Positions 40,555 to 53,900 of a stretch of DNA of 64,000 bases are shown here, in pieces. This DNA is from Cenococcum geophilum (lineage: Eukaryota). Below the pieces are notes generated by a model, which was not told the DNA's origin, made no database searches, and worked only from the letters and a program-made list of their open reading frames with translations. The stretch covers positions 22,506,001-22,570,000 of the forward strand of contig CP158635.1 in assembly GCA_050273025.1 (NCBI GenBank), given 5' to 3'. Position numbers and translations under genes: made by a program. Each line of letters starts with the position of its first letter. The stretch's first letter is position 1.

Positions 40555-41064
40555 ATATTTATAAAAATAAATAAATAAAAATATTCTTAAAACTATTGGT
40601 ATAGAATATAAAACGGAGGCTTAAAGGCAATATATTAAAACGGTGCTAAGAACCTCATTTTAACTACCGTATATAGTATAGCTTGCAAATTTGACGCGCT
40701 TACCGATATAGAGGAGCTCTATATTCAAAAGTTGTTATAAAAGTCATTATATCTACTAAACGACCACCTTATATTTAGATTTAAGCTCCGTTTTAGTTAA
40801 ATATAGAGGTATAACTAAACGGCCCCTTAATATTAACTATTACGCTTTAAATGGTATTATAATTTAAAATTAATACTTAATCTTTTAATTCTTGGCGTAA
40901 AAACGCAGATTTCTATATAGTATGCGGTGACTAACGGTGCCTAGGCGATAATTTTAAATAGTAGTTATATACTTATTTTTTTATCTATTTAACTATCCTA
41001 AAATATAGAAAGAGTAAAATTTGCTTTAAAAGAAAGTTGGTATAATGGCTAAAATTATAGAAAA

Positions 41065-44000
41065 TGTCACAGTGCTACAATGAAGTAGACTGAATAACTA
41101 CGTTATGGTATAAAGAGGGGAAGAAGGTGGAAAGGGGGTATTGTATATAAATAGTAGGGCCGGCCGCCAAGTCGCTAGTAGTGGGCTAGCTAATAGTAGG
41201 GAATAGTACGAGATAGTATAAAACAGTATGCGTCAGGTTAGTGCCGTAACAGTACTCCTCTCCCTTAGATAGTTTGGTCCCTAAACTAAATAGATAACTT
41301 AAAAATAGGCAGTGTACGGGGTTGCCTATTTTCTACCGCAAAGATATTAGTTCCGCTTACCGCCCTTAACCGAGCTAATGGCGATTTTCTATGCCGGGCA
41401 TAAAAAATCCTAATTAATTAGTTTAGTGAGTAAGGTCGGCAGAACTCTATACCGCCACCCAAATTAGTCCGTATGGCGTTTCTTGGCGAGAATTTAGCTA
41501 ATTAGACAACTTTAACCGCTGGTTAAAGTTCTATAATATCTTAACTACTACAAATTTTAATACGGTAGTCGGCCGTGACCTTAGCGTAACTTTTCCTTAT
41601 CTTATACCTAGTCTGGGGGTTCTAACTTCTTAGGGTGTTGCTTATAGAAGCGCTGTATAGCTTATTCGCAACCCTTTAGGTCTTCCTCTAGCTACTAGGT
41701 TATATCCTTATAATATTTCCATTTAATCTTATAAGTTAGGCCCTAGGGGTCTTCGTTATGTATATTAAGGATTTTCTTAAACTCCTATTTATCTTCTATA
41801 TTGCCGTTATTGTCTCTCTCTACCACTTATCCTTGTATATTATGGCGCTCTGCGGTATTAATATTTGCTTAGTTAGGGATCTCTTTAGCAGCCTAGAGGC
41901 GGACCTTGGATATATAAAAGGATTTATTTACTTAGATGTGGTCCGGGAGGTCTACTATAACTGCCCTTTGGTATACTGCGAGTATAGGGTACAGGCCGTC
42001 CTATTTATCGTCCCATTTCTTCTTAGGTCTATTTATCTTTATATTTTCTAAGCTAACTATAACTATATTACCTTTATAGAATAACGCGCTCTTATCCCTA
42101 CGGGTATTAGCATTATCTTTATAGCGTTGCTATGAAATCCGGGCTAGGGCCTTAAGCTGTATTAATATCCGCTTAAAGCGGTTAGCCATAGAGTCTACGT
42201 GGAAGAACTCCTTCTTTACTTATGCTAATAGTGTTAGTGGGTAGGGGCTAGCAGGCTTAATTCTAAGGCGAGGGTTAAAGCTATAATTTATAAAAAATGG
42301 GGAGATGCCTGTGCTCTTGTTGACTTGGTTATTTATAGCAAACTTAGTAAGCGGTAGGTAGTTAACCTAGTTGTCCTATATAAAGCTAACAAAAGCACGA
42401 AGGTATTTATTTATAGCGGCGTTAATAATTTTAGTTTGGCCGTCCGTTTCTGGGTATTAGGCTAAGCTTAGTTGCAAGGTTGTCTTAAGGCGTTTACTTA
42501 GTTGTTGTTAGAAGTCGCTAATAAATTATATACCGCGATTAGAGATAATCGTGCTTAGTATACTATAGAGCTTATATACGTTATTAACAAAGCCATTAAC
42601 TAACTCCTCTATTAAGAGTCCTATTACTAGAACGAGGTGTTACATTTTAGTTAGGCGGTCTATAATAATAAGGATATATTTATATGCCTTGCCATAGCGT
42701 TAGCATACTAGTAGCGTTGTAATATAGTTAATCGAGATATCGGTCTATAGGCGGGCGGGTAATTCTAGTAGCTTTAGGAAACCGGGCAGGGTAAAACGGG
42801 GGGTCTTAGTGCGAAAGTATAGGGCACAGTCTTTAACGAAGGTAGCCGTAAACTAGGAGATTCCTAGCTACTAGTATATTCGGTTTAAGAGGTTAAGAGT
42901 CTTAACCTGGCTAGGGTGACTAGTGGGGCCGCTACTATAAAAGCGATGGGTAACTTTTAAGCGGAGGTCTAGGGCGTTAGGGATAAAGAGACATTGGCGG
43001 AAGTAAATCTGTTTATTAACGATACTGCATTCTAACTTATCGCAACGGAGTAATTTCTTAATTTTCTTTAGCTAATAGCGAGCTTTCCAATTATGTAGGG
43101 CTGCCACTATATCTCTTGTAAGTTTGTTCTCCTAGTATCCTAGCTAGATTAACTCGTCTAGTGACTTTTTAGCTATTTTAGGGTCTAGAGCGGCTATAAA
43201 CTCCGTGTCGTTAGAGTTACGGAACTTATATAGTAATTCTTCTAAGATTATAGGGTCAACTTTCTGGGGCGGTATAACGACTTAGGCTCGGTGGCGGAGG
43301 CGTTTATTATTAGCGTCCTTAGGCCTTATTCCTAGTAGCCAGCTTAGGGCGTTAGGGAGCGTGGCTTTACTGCTAGGTCTATATATAATTATAAAGTTAA
43401 ACTGTAAAAGGAACTCTGCCTACTAGACTTAGCGCTGGTTTAGCTACTTAGTAGTTATAAACGTCTATAGGTTTTTATAGTCGGTAATAATTTTAAATAG
43501 CTCCTTAGTCCCTTATAGCTTAGGACGCTATTCCTCTAAAGCCTTAATAATAGCTAGGAGTTCTTTATCATAGATCTTATAGTTACATTCCGGCGTGGAG
43601 TGCTTTACGGAGAAGAATACGACCAGTCTTAATTTTCCGTTATCATTATACTGGGAAAGGACTCCGCCGGAAGCCTAATTTAATGCGTCTATCTCTACTA
43701 CTATTTTCTTCATGTAGTTATAGTATGCTAGTACTAGTGCTAAAGTAAAGGCTCCCTTAAGGGCCTTAAATGATTTAGCTTGTTCTAGTCCCCATAGCCA
43801 TCCAATATCCTTCTTTAGAAGTTTTATTATAGGTATAGCGATAGCAGAGTAGCCTTAGATAAATCGTTAGTAGAAGTTTACAAAGCCGAGAAATTGTTAT
43901 AGTTCTTTAATTAATGTTAGGTCCTTCCATTCCTATAAGGCCTGTATCTTTTTAGGTCTATAGTTATGCCATTAGTCGAGATAATTAAGCTAAGGTATTT

Positions 44001-47000
44001 TGTTTTAGTAGAGTAGAACTTAGACTTATTAATATTAATCTAAAGTCTAGCATTGCCGAGTCTTTAGATGACTTCATTTATATACTTAGTGTACTCGGCG
44101 CGTGTTTTAGAAAAGATAAGGACGTTATTAAGGTAGGCAGTACAGTAGTCGTTAAGGGCGTTGTGTAGAATATAGTTAATATAGTTCTGGAACGTAACGG
44201 GTGCGTTATAGAGGCTAAATAGTATAACTAGTATCTTATAGAGTCCGAACCGGGTAATAAATACTATAAGCCACTTATGGCCCTCCGTAATCCGGATCCG
44301 GTTAAACGCAGCAATTATATTAAGTTTAGTAAAGTACTTAGCGCTATAAAGTGCGTTAAGTGTCTCGCGGATTAGTAGCAGTGGGTATTAATTCTTAATA
44401 GTAACTATATTTAGGCCTTAGTAGTTATAGTAGATTTATACACCACCGCCAGGCTTAGCAGCGAGGAGGAGTAGTACGGCAGCTAGTGAGGTTAATTTGC
44501 AGATAAAACCCTTATCCAGCATCTTATTAATCCACTTCTTTACACACCTAAGTTTAGCAGGTAAAAGTAGTCTATTTTTATAGTATAGGGCCTAGTTTCC
44601 GGGGGTAATCTTAATTTTATGGTCCCATGGTCGGTAAAGGGGCAGCTTATCTACGTTTTTAGGGAAAAAGTGCTTAATATATTTACTAAACTCCTTTAGT
44701 AGGCGTTATAAAATGTCTTTACGGGTTAATCCTGGTTTGCCTTTTAGGAATTTTTTAATATTAGTGTCGACTATCTTCCAACGTAAAAGCTTGGGTTTAG
44801 TTTTTAGATTTATCTTAAGGAAGTTATAGAAATAGAAAGGGAGCGCTTTACGGGCTTCCTTTATTGTATAGTTGCCTTCCACTAGCCGGCGGAAAGACCT
44901 TTCTAATAGGTTCGGTACTTCTATTAGGCCTATAGGTAGCTCTTTAAGCAGCTATCGGTGCTTATCTTATTTAACTAGTTCTACTAGCTCCGCTATATAG
45001 ATCCTTATTACCTTTACGTCTTTTTATTTATAGAACTAGGTAAAATTAATAGCACGGGTGCATTTAATATCGTCTAGGTTGGGGCGTATCTAGCTCTCCG
45101 GTGCTATAGCTAGGCTAGCATAGCTTAGTCGGCCCGGGGGGGCGGAAACGAGGCGGCGGCCCTATACGGTACACGCGGGAGACGGGTATAAGGTTAGGTG
45201 TTGCGGTAGCGCGGTTTCTATTATCTAGGTCTTAGTAGTTCTATAGCTAGTCCTTACTATAACGCGAGCTGTTATGTGCGCATATAGCATATAGCTTAAT
45301 TCCGGGTATCGGGCTAGGCGGCCGGGGTTTAAATAGTGCCTAGGTTAGGGTTGGTTTCTTAGTAGTAGCGGCGCAAAGCGGACCTTCTTCCTTAGTCTTA
45401 GCAGGGCTAGCTAGCCCATCGTTTTGGTCTTAAGTGCTAGGTTAGTCCAGTCTTCTACTATCTTATTTCTTTACAGCTATACAGGCTCCCCTTTATTAAG
45501 AACGTCTTCTACTATTAGGGCTTTATATATAGTCCTAGGCACTAGGCTTAGTAGTGCTAAGTATCCACGTGGGGCGTCCCTGCTAACGTCGGCTATCCCC
45601 TATAGGAGGCAGTGCCTAAAGTAGTAGTCTAAGTCAAAGCGGATCTTAAGTTTCCTAAAGCTGGGACGGGGCTCGTGTTTCTGAAGCCAGGGTATACCTA
45701 GGATAATTAGGGTAGTGGGCGAGAGTTTAGTAATAAAAAAGAGCATGGCTTTAGTATAGAGGCCGATTAATATTTAGGCGGTAAAGTAGTCCGTAATAAG
45801 CGAAGTTGGGATACTATCTATAAGGCGTAGTGGCCTAAGTGCTAGCAGCTTCTTAGTTATAACGTTATACTTTCTTATAATAGACTCTGCGTTGGTAAAT
45901 ACTATTATAGTACTACTGAAGTCCACTAGGCTTACTATATTAATATAAACTTAGAGGTATAGGTTACGTAATAAAAAGAGTTGGGTTTAAATAAGGATTA
46001 ATTTCTTATTACTATTTACTAATCTAAGATTAAGTAGTAGTTTACTAATAGAAAGGACTAATTGATCTAGTAACAGGGACCTAATCTTCTTGTCTTCCTC
46101 CTCATATAGTTTAGACCCTTAGGCGTAACTTAGTCTAAGGGTTTGCCTTTTAACAACTAGGGTATAGGGCTGTCTTAGCGGGGCGGTCTAGTGTCCGTTT
46201 AGCTGGCGGTATCTATCTCTGTTTTGGTCGGGGTATAGAAAGATAATACCTCGCCAATAACATGGCCGTGTTCGTATTCGCTAGCGTAAAGTCGCTAATA
46301 CTAGGCGTTGTTAACGGGTTAGGCTCCCATATAGGGCATAGTTTAGAGTAACTAAGCTGTAGGGTTAAAGGGGGGGGGTCGTCCGCCGTAGCTATAATAG
46401 GCTCCGCGGTCGCCGCGTCTATAATAGACTCCACAGTTACCACATCCGCGGTTATTTATTCGCGTCGTTTAATGGGGTGGCATTAGGACTAGGTTTGCTA
46501 TCTTAGTGGGGTTATAGGCATCCTTCTAGTGGCTAGGTAGGCTATAGGCAAGGCATAATCTATTATTAACGCGGCGCTTACGCTCTATATCTAAGATTCT
46601 ATTAAGGTCCATGGGTTCTCTAGTTACTACTAGGGTTAGGGTTAACATAGGGGCAGGGGCTTAGGTAGGTAGGCGGTGGTTAGCGTTCTTCTTAAGGTTA
46701 GCTCAGTGTATATAGTTCGCGAGGTTCTTAGCAAATACATCTATCTACTTACTCTAACCTATATAGTTACTATTATTGATTTTATAGGCTAGTCTAAGTA
46801 CTAGCTCTTCCATCTTTAGAGAGATAAACTTTTAGAGTAGGTTTACCTTCTATTTATCTATCTTCTTAGCGCGGACTATTAACTTATTAAGCTCTCCCTT
46901 CCAGAACCAGTAATTACGCTCGCCTTAGGGGAAATGGTTAAGCTTATTCTTTGCGACCTAGGTTATATTAAGGACCTTATAGTAGGCAGTAAGGTCTTTA

Positions 47001-47978
47001 AGCATATCTTCCTTAGTAGGCCATTTCCATGCAGATATGTTATTTGGGTTCTCGTATATAAGCTCTAGGCCCTACTTAATAAACTTATAGGCCTTATTCT
47101 CTAGTATATCTAAGATGTAAAGGATCTAGGACTAAACTATGTTAAAGTAGTTCTAGTCCCAGTTAAAGACTCCCTTAATCTTAATATGCCAGGTCTTAAA
47201 ATTAGTTTATTATTCTAGCGGGGTACCTTTTCCGCTAAATATTAGTGGGTCTTTAGATCTCCGTTTTTTCTACTAGGTTACTACCGTTGTTATAGGGGTT
47301 AATTGTTTTAGAACGGTAATAGTCTCTGCCTAGGAGTTAATAGTTCCTATCTAGGAAGCGATAAGGGTACTAAGGTTTTTATTAGCTTTCTTATTAGCGG
47401 TGTTTATATTATATATATACTGTAGTCCTACTTTAATATTGTTAAGGAACTCATTGGTATAGTTAATAAGGGTAAGGTAAGCTTTGCTAGGCTTAAAGGT
47501 CTTAAAGTACAGTAGGGAGCGGCGGATTGTCTATGTAATATTGGGGTATGTCTCTATAAATAGGTCTGCAAAAATGTCGCGGGGGTTCTAGGTTTCGGCT
47601 ATTTTGGTGTTATTAATGTCGCCTATCTAGGCGCTAGGTAAAAACTGAGGATTGTTTTAGGACTGTGCTAGGGACGTATTAGTTTTAGTAAAGGCGCGCG
47701 CAGGTCGCAATTACTCTAGGGCGGAGGTTAATTAGCTAGGGTATGGGGAATTAGTGATCGTAATAGGGCGCAAATTAAAGATACCACAAACTGTCACAGT
47801 GCTGCAATAAAGTAGACTAAATAACTATGTTGTGGTATAAAGAGGGGAAGAAGATGGAAAGGGGGTATTGTATATAAATAGTAGGGCCAGCCGCTAAGTC
47901 GCTAGTGGTGGGCCAGCTAATAGTAGGGAATAGTACGAGATAGTATAAAACAGTATGCGTCAGGTTAGTGCCGTGACA
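41065..47978 (-). mobile_element. Ty3/Gypsy chromovirus LTR retrotransposon C (RIPed)
   Basis: 187-bp LTRs at 41065-41251 and 47792-47978; TSD gaaaa; PPT (reverse complement) ctcctctccctt at ~41255; RT motif CTAYLDDVLIF ~44113-44145; integrase HPETDGQT ~42432-42457; chromodomain-like YxIKWK..TW.PE ~41680-41735. Confidence 0.95.
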
Positions 47979-48489
47979 GAAAATAGTAAGACTAAAATAT
48001 CTAGAATACTAGGAACTATCCCTAAACTAGGAAAATTATACTACTTTATTAACTGCAGTAGTAAGAAGAAATAAGTAGGCCCCGTAGTTAAGTTATATAT
48101 AGTATTAAACTTTATAGTTAGGCTAGCAATTAGAGTAGCTAATAAAGGGACCGTTATATATAAAGGAGGTAGGATAACTATTACGTCAGGAAAAAATTTA
48201 CCAGCATTTAATTTTACTTTTCTGCCATTTTAGCATTTTCTAGCATTTCTAGCATTTTCTAGCATTTAGCAGCTAAATGCGGCATTTATTACTAAGTACT
48301 AGCATTTAGCTGCCAAATGCCGCATTTATAATTAAGTATTAGCATTTAGCTGCATTTATTACTAAGTACTAGCATTTAGCCGCCAAATGCTGCATTTATA
48401 ATTAAGTATTAGCATTTAGCTGCTAAATGCTAGAAAATGCTAAAATGGCAGAAAAGTAAAATTAGATGCGCATAAAGTTCTATATAAAG

Positions 48490-49015
48490 TTTGAAGTTCT
48501 GCACGAAGTTCCGCACGAAGCTCTGCGCGAAGCTCTACACGAAGCTCTACATGAAGCTCTGCACGAAGTTCTACATAAAGTTCTACACGAAGCTCTGCAC
48601 GAAGTTCTATACGAAGTTCTACACGAAGCTCTGCACGAAGTTCTACACGAAGTTCTACACGAAGCTCTGCATGAAGTTCTACACGAAGTTTTACACGAAG
48701 CTCTACACGAAGCTCTGCACGAAGCTTTACACGAAGCTCTACACGAAGCTCTACACGAAGCTCTACACGAAGCTCTACACGAAGCTCTACACGAAGCTCT
48801 GCACGAAGCTCTACACAAAGCTCTTACACAAAGCTCTGCACGAGGCTCTTACACAAAGCTCTGCACGAGGCTCTATATAAGGCTCTGCACGAGGCTCTAC
48901 ACAAGGCTCTACATAAAGCTCTGCGTATAGAGGCTCTGCACAAGGCTCTGCGCGAAGCTCTGCGTACGGAGGCTCTGCACAAGGCTCTGCGCGAAGTTCT
49001 GCGTACGGAGGCTCC
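48490..49015 (-). repeat. 12-bp minisatellite, (ACGAAGCTCTGC)n on the + strand, the reverse complement of the 9211/32317 unit
   Basis: Directly visible, roughly 40 units including variants. Confidence 0.95.
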
Positions 49016-49021
49016 GGGGTG

Positions 49022-49870
49022 CAGCTCGGGGGGGTCACGGAAAAGTTGAAAGGGGTCACCGATGGGGGTCGGCGAAAGTTGAACGGGGTCACCGATGGAG
49101 CACCGGAAAAAGGTCGGCGGGGTCACACTTTTACCCATACAGAACGTGCATCGGTAGCCACAATTTGCCTTTAGCGACCGTATGCATTAAATATGCGGTG
49201 CATATGCTAAGTATATGCATATATACAACTATAAGATATATACGTCAAATGGTTTATTAGTAGGTGCATATGCTAAGTATATGCTCAGCATATACAGGGA
49301 TAATATAGCGCACCCTACCTTATGTAAAATTGGTGTACGTATAGACTTTGCATATGCCTAGCATATGCAATACATACGCATAGTCTATACTATAATAACC
49401 TAGCTTACTTATTTACTGCTATAGTTAATGGGGGGTATATACTAAGTATATATACTAAGTAAATACTATAGCATAGCCTACCTTATATAAAATATAAATA
49501 TAATAGTTTAAAAGGTAGTATATAAAGGAGTAAAATCTCTTTAAAATAAATATAAAATTGGTAGAGTATATACAGAGTATATACTCTGCATATACTAAGA
49601 CCATATAACGCGTATACAGGTATATTTTAACAACTTAGGTTATTTTATTTTATTTTAGTATATGCCCTGCATATACCCCGCATATGCCTCGCATATAACT
49701 TATTATATATATAAAATACTTTAAATTCTATAAAATAAAAAAAATTGGTCTGTATATGCACTGCATATGCATAAAGCTCAGCGGGGTCAGAAGTTGAGCG
49801 GGGTCAGAAAGGTTGTGACCCCGTTGAACATTGTGACCCCGCCGAGTTTTTCCGTGACCCCCCCGAGCTG
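49022..49870. mobile_element. Nested TIR-bounded unit inside element III
   Basis: 23-bp TIR cagctcgggggggtcacggaaaa / ttttccgtgacccccccgagctg; subterminal ggggtca repeats; gcatatgc-rich interior; TSD not clear (tg / ta). Confidence 0.7.
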
Positions 49871-50199
49871 TAAGCCCGCCAGCAGAGGACTGTCGCTAGA
49901 ACCAGACGACCGTCGCCAGAACTAGACGACCGTCGCCAGAACCAGACGACCACCGTTCGAACGACCAGCCAGCGAACGCCGCGAACGATTTAATCAATCG
50001 ATCGATCGAATTGAACCAGAGCTTTGATATTAGCCCGTCGCCAAATCAAATCAAGGCCTCCTAGGGAGGCACCTCAGACGACCACCGTTTGAATATACAG
50101 CCAGCGAACGGCCGTAAAGAACGATTCGAATCAATACAATCAATTGATCAATTGAATTAGGCAGAGCCTTTGATTGGGCCGGCCCTTCCCCCAAATTAC

Positions 50200-50338
50200 A
50201 GATAGGTAGGCATAGACAGGTAGGCATAGATGGTAGGCATAGACAGGTAGGTATAGGCAGGTAGGTAGGTAAGCAGGCAGGTAGGTAGGTAGGTAGGTAG
50301 GTAGGTAGGTAGGTAGGTAGGTAGGTAGGTAGGTAGGT

Positions 50339-50373
<35 letters not shown>

Positions 50374-50396
50374 TAGGTTAGTAGGTAGGTAGGTAG
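50200..50396 (+). repeat. (AGGT)n/(AGGC)n microsatellite
   Basis: Directly visible. Confidence 0.95.
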
Positions 50397-50569
50397 AAGA
50401 GAACCGTCGCTATATTATATTAAATTATCTAAAATAATATAATTTATTTTACACTAACTATATAGACCAAGCAAATACTATTAAGTGTATAAGAAGAGCA
50501 AAATATATAGAATGCGCGAGGAGGGCATTATATATTAATTGCGCATTAAGTGTAAAATGCGTAATTAGC

Positions 50570-50805
50570 TGCACTACATTATTAAATACAGCAGTATGCC
50601 GCACTGTATTGTTAAATATAGCAGTATGCCGCACTGCATCGTTAAATATAGCAGTATGCCGCACTAGATTATTAAATACAGCAGTATACAGCAGTATGCC
50701 GCACTGCATTATTAAATACAGCAGTATACCGCACTAGATTATTAAATGCAGCAGTATGCAGCAGTATGCCGCACTGCATTGTTGAATGCAGCAATATGCC
50801 GCACC
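50570..50805 (+). repeat. ~30-bp tandem repeat gcagtatgccgcactgcattattaaataca, about 7 copies
   Basis: Directly visible. Confidence 0.9.
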
Positions 50806-52962
50806 TTAGTTGATACTATACGCTACACGTTGTAGTGCGCGGAATACACATTTGGCCGCCAAATGCTGCTAAATGCTGCAAAAATGCTGGTAAATTTTTT
50901 CCTGACGTAGGCGAGGTTTATAACTTGCTATTAGAATTAAAACCGAAGTAAAACTATTAGGTTCTTGCAATTTAGATATAGCGATAATAAAGTCAATAAC
51001 TCTAGAACCAGATAAGTTGCTAACTTAGATTTTAATTATTGCAGCTACTTTAAAAGAGGAGTTATTTATAACCGGATAAATACTTAAAGATATAGCTATA
51101 GACTAAGGCGTTATATTTTAAAAAATAGTATTTACCTAATTACTAGTCAAGCCTAGATCGGCGAAGAAAAGGATTAGAGTAAGAGTAGTAAGATATATAG
51201 TAGCCTATAAAGAACATCACGGTTATATTTCCATACTTAAGGGATATATAACACCCGGATATAGGTTCCGCTAAACACAGTATTATAATAGAGAGGGCTA
51301 GAAATGTAATTACAGAGACCACAGAGCTTATTTTAGCTCCTCCACTATTTAGCTCTACTATTCGGCTTTAGAAGCCAAATTAGGCTATTTTATTCTAATA
51401 GGTTTCTTTAAATATAAATTATACCAGTAATTTCTAAGTCTTAATATTAAACCGTAGTTGCTTTAGAATATTAGTATTATAAATTACCTCCCTTTCGACT
51501 TAGTTACCTACCCCCTTAACTTAGTTACTTACTCCTTATTTTTATTGCTATACCCCTATACTTATACCTTCCTTATATATATATAGAGGCTCTAGAGCTA
51601 CATTTAATAGATAAAGTTCTTATTTTTCTCCTATAATCGGCGCATAGACTACTAATTAATAAATATATACTCTTAACTAAAATATGCTCTATTAGGAACG
51701 AGCTCATCTTATTACTTAATGTTTACCTTTTATACATTTAGGTTTCTTAAATAGGCGAGCAAATATTCCTTTAAAGCTTCTTAGCTTCTTAACTTCATTA
51801 TATTAGTTAAATTTGCTAGTATTAGTGCGGTATAAGTATATAGTAAATTAAACGTAGTGGTTAAATACGGAGGGTGAAAGCAAGCTATAGTATAGTGGAT
51901 AAGTGTTAGAGTGTTCCTTATCGCCTTATAACTTAACGTAGGACACCATGCTATAAACTTTTAAGTTTTATATCTGCTTTAGGTCTGTTTATAATTAAGC
52001 CAGAATATAGTTCGGTTCTACAGCTAATAAGCTTTACACCACTACAGCCTTAAACTCTAATCCTGCGATTTACGCGCGCTTGCATTTAGTTAAGGTATTA
52101 AAGCCTAGGAAATAAATAGTATATTTTAGGCAGATTGCATAGCAAACGAAGAGGTGCAAAGGGCAGAGCTTACGGTTTCTTTCTATTTATATTTTAATCC
52201 TTTAAACGTTTGGAATTATAATATAGCTTAGGACGTCTATAGGGCAAATTAAAGCTCGCTAAATTAACAGACCAAGATCCTATATATGCGAAATCTATTA
52301 AGGTGGAAATACTAAAATGTAAGTTAAAGAGCTATAGTACTAGATAAGTCACCTACTAAGTTCTTATGTTATTAGTTAAAAAGCTATCTATCCGTCTTAT
52401 GCCATAGTATAAGCCACGTCGGCTTCCTTATCTTCCTACCTTATACCAACCTTTCCTTCTTCCTTTCCTCTGCTATTGCTTCCCTAGCTATAAGAAATCT
52501 AGGAACTTCTCCAAGACGGCCGCTATTGACTTTAGTAGCCACTTGCTAGACTAGCCTAAATAGTTTAATCTACACTAATTATTCTATTTACAGCGGCGCA
52601 TTGCCGGCCAGCTATAAACTAGGTGCGTACATTATAGAAAAAATACTACAGCAACTTAATCCGGGCTCTATTGCGCCTAAAGTATCCAGTTATAAATATA
52701 TAGTAGGATTGTCACACTTTAATCTTAAGTCGATACGCGAATGATTCCTCCCTTATTAAATGCAACTTCTACCCTACTACGCCCCGTCTATTCATTTTCA
52801 CCTTTAGTAAAAACACGACTTAAGCCGAAAAGCTTGCCACTTTACAATTCCTTAGGCTAGTCGCCTAGGATAGAAAACAAAAACACAAGCTAGCAAGGTT
52901 TTATTTAGACGCCTCTATAATATCCTACAGTAAGCGCATCAGATCGCTATAGACAAACAACC

Positions 52963-53900
52963 ATAATTGCATAATCGCCAACTTTAACGCACCTATTAGG
53001 CCGTCACGCCAATCCACTAGGTTACACGTACGGTTACCCAGAAGGAATAGAATTTGTTAGCTTATTAATACAGCTAGGGCTATTACTATATCTATAAGAT
53101 TACACTTAAGAGCAGCTACGAGCGTAACTTTCTCAGTATAGATAGAATACTACATACAATATCCTATCTAGGCAATAGGTGACCCTACAGTCGCCGTATA
53201 AGTCTACTAGCGCACCTATAATAGCACTGGCTATACTCTCGCAGTATTAACCACTAAGATATATAACACACTACGCCCCGCTAATAAATAACCCCAGTTA
53301 AAGTAGCTCTTAAGCGATCTATTACTAGCTAACTTACTCCATATAAGTAGGATCTAAGCTTAAAACTGTATATAACCAATATCAGATAGGGATTAAAAGG
53401 TTATTTTAGTATATGCGAGATAAGCAGCTAAGTAAAATAGGTATACTGCTTATTAACATCTCTAAGTAGCTGCTTAACAATGTGGAACCCTTAGGTAAGC
53501 TTACGCTAAACTTTATTTAACCTAAGTAAGTAGCTAAATTAAATATAGGGCTAGTTCTTAAGGACGAATCTATACATCCTAAGCGGCTACAGCTATAGGA
53601 AATTTTTAATACATATTAGCTTAGCACTCTTTAAAAACAAAAGGAAGTAACGTAGGCTATTATTAATTTAGGGTAGCAACTTCCAAAAAGCTTAATAACG
53701 TATAATAAGCTAGACACTATAGGTAAAGAACTTGTTCGCCTATACGATTTAATAGAGAAACACGGCCTTATTAACTATCAGATAGGCATTTAGAAGGAGG
53801 AAATTATAGCAAGTTAGTCTGCTACAGCCTTTTCTTACTTTTTAGTCCTCTAATATCTATCTAGTGCTAAATAATTGTCTTAACCTCCTTAGAGAAGTGC
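52963..53900 (+). pseudogene. RIP-degraded conserved fungal hypothetical gene (start approximate)
   Basis: De-RIPed: AYDQYQ...ISEWLLDNVEPLG [intron gtaagc] ...RLQLWEIFNTCWLSTLQKQKE...GKELVRLCDSMEKHGLVDYQMGIWEEEI [intron gttagt]. Recalled as a Pezizomycotina conserved protein of unknown function. Confidence 0.7.

Larger units (their letters stand above)
48184..50907. mobile_element. Non-autonomous TA-flanked composite TIR element (element III)
   Basis: Perfect 26-bp TIR cgtcaggaaaaaatttaccagcattt with TA on both sides; internal foldback 48210-48465, minisatellites, nested TIR unit; no transposase. Confidence 0.9.

Noticed and set aside
46631..46644. TTAGGG-like telomeric motif
   Set aside because: Only two units, lying inside Gypsy C gag sequence.
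48466..49138. HEAL / SCRA / YTKL ORFs
   Set aside because: Same minisatellite artefact; five overlapping ORFs with no unique coding flanks.
50910..52900. Possible further RIPed gene or Starship captain
   Set aside because: No recognisable protein motif by eye; a de-RIP-aware tBLASTn or HMM search is needed.
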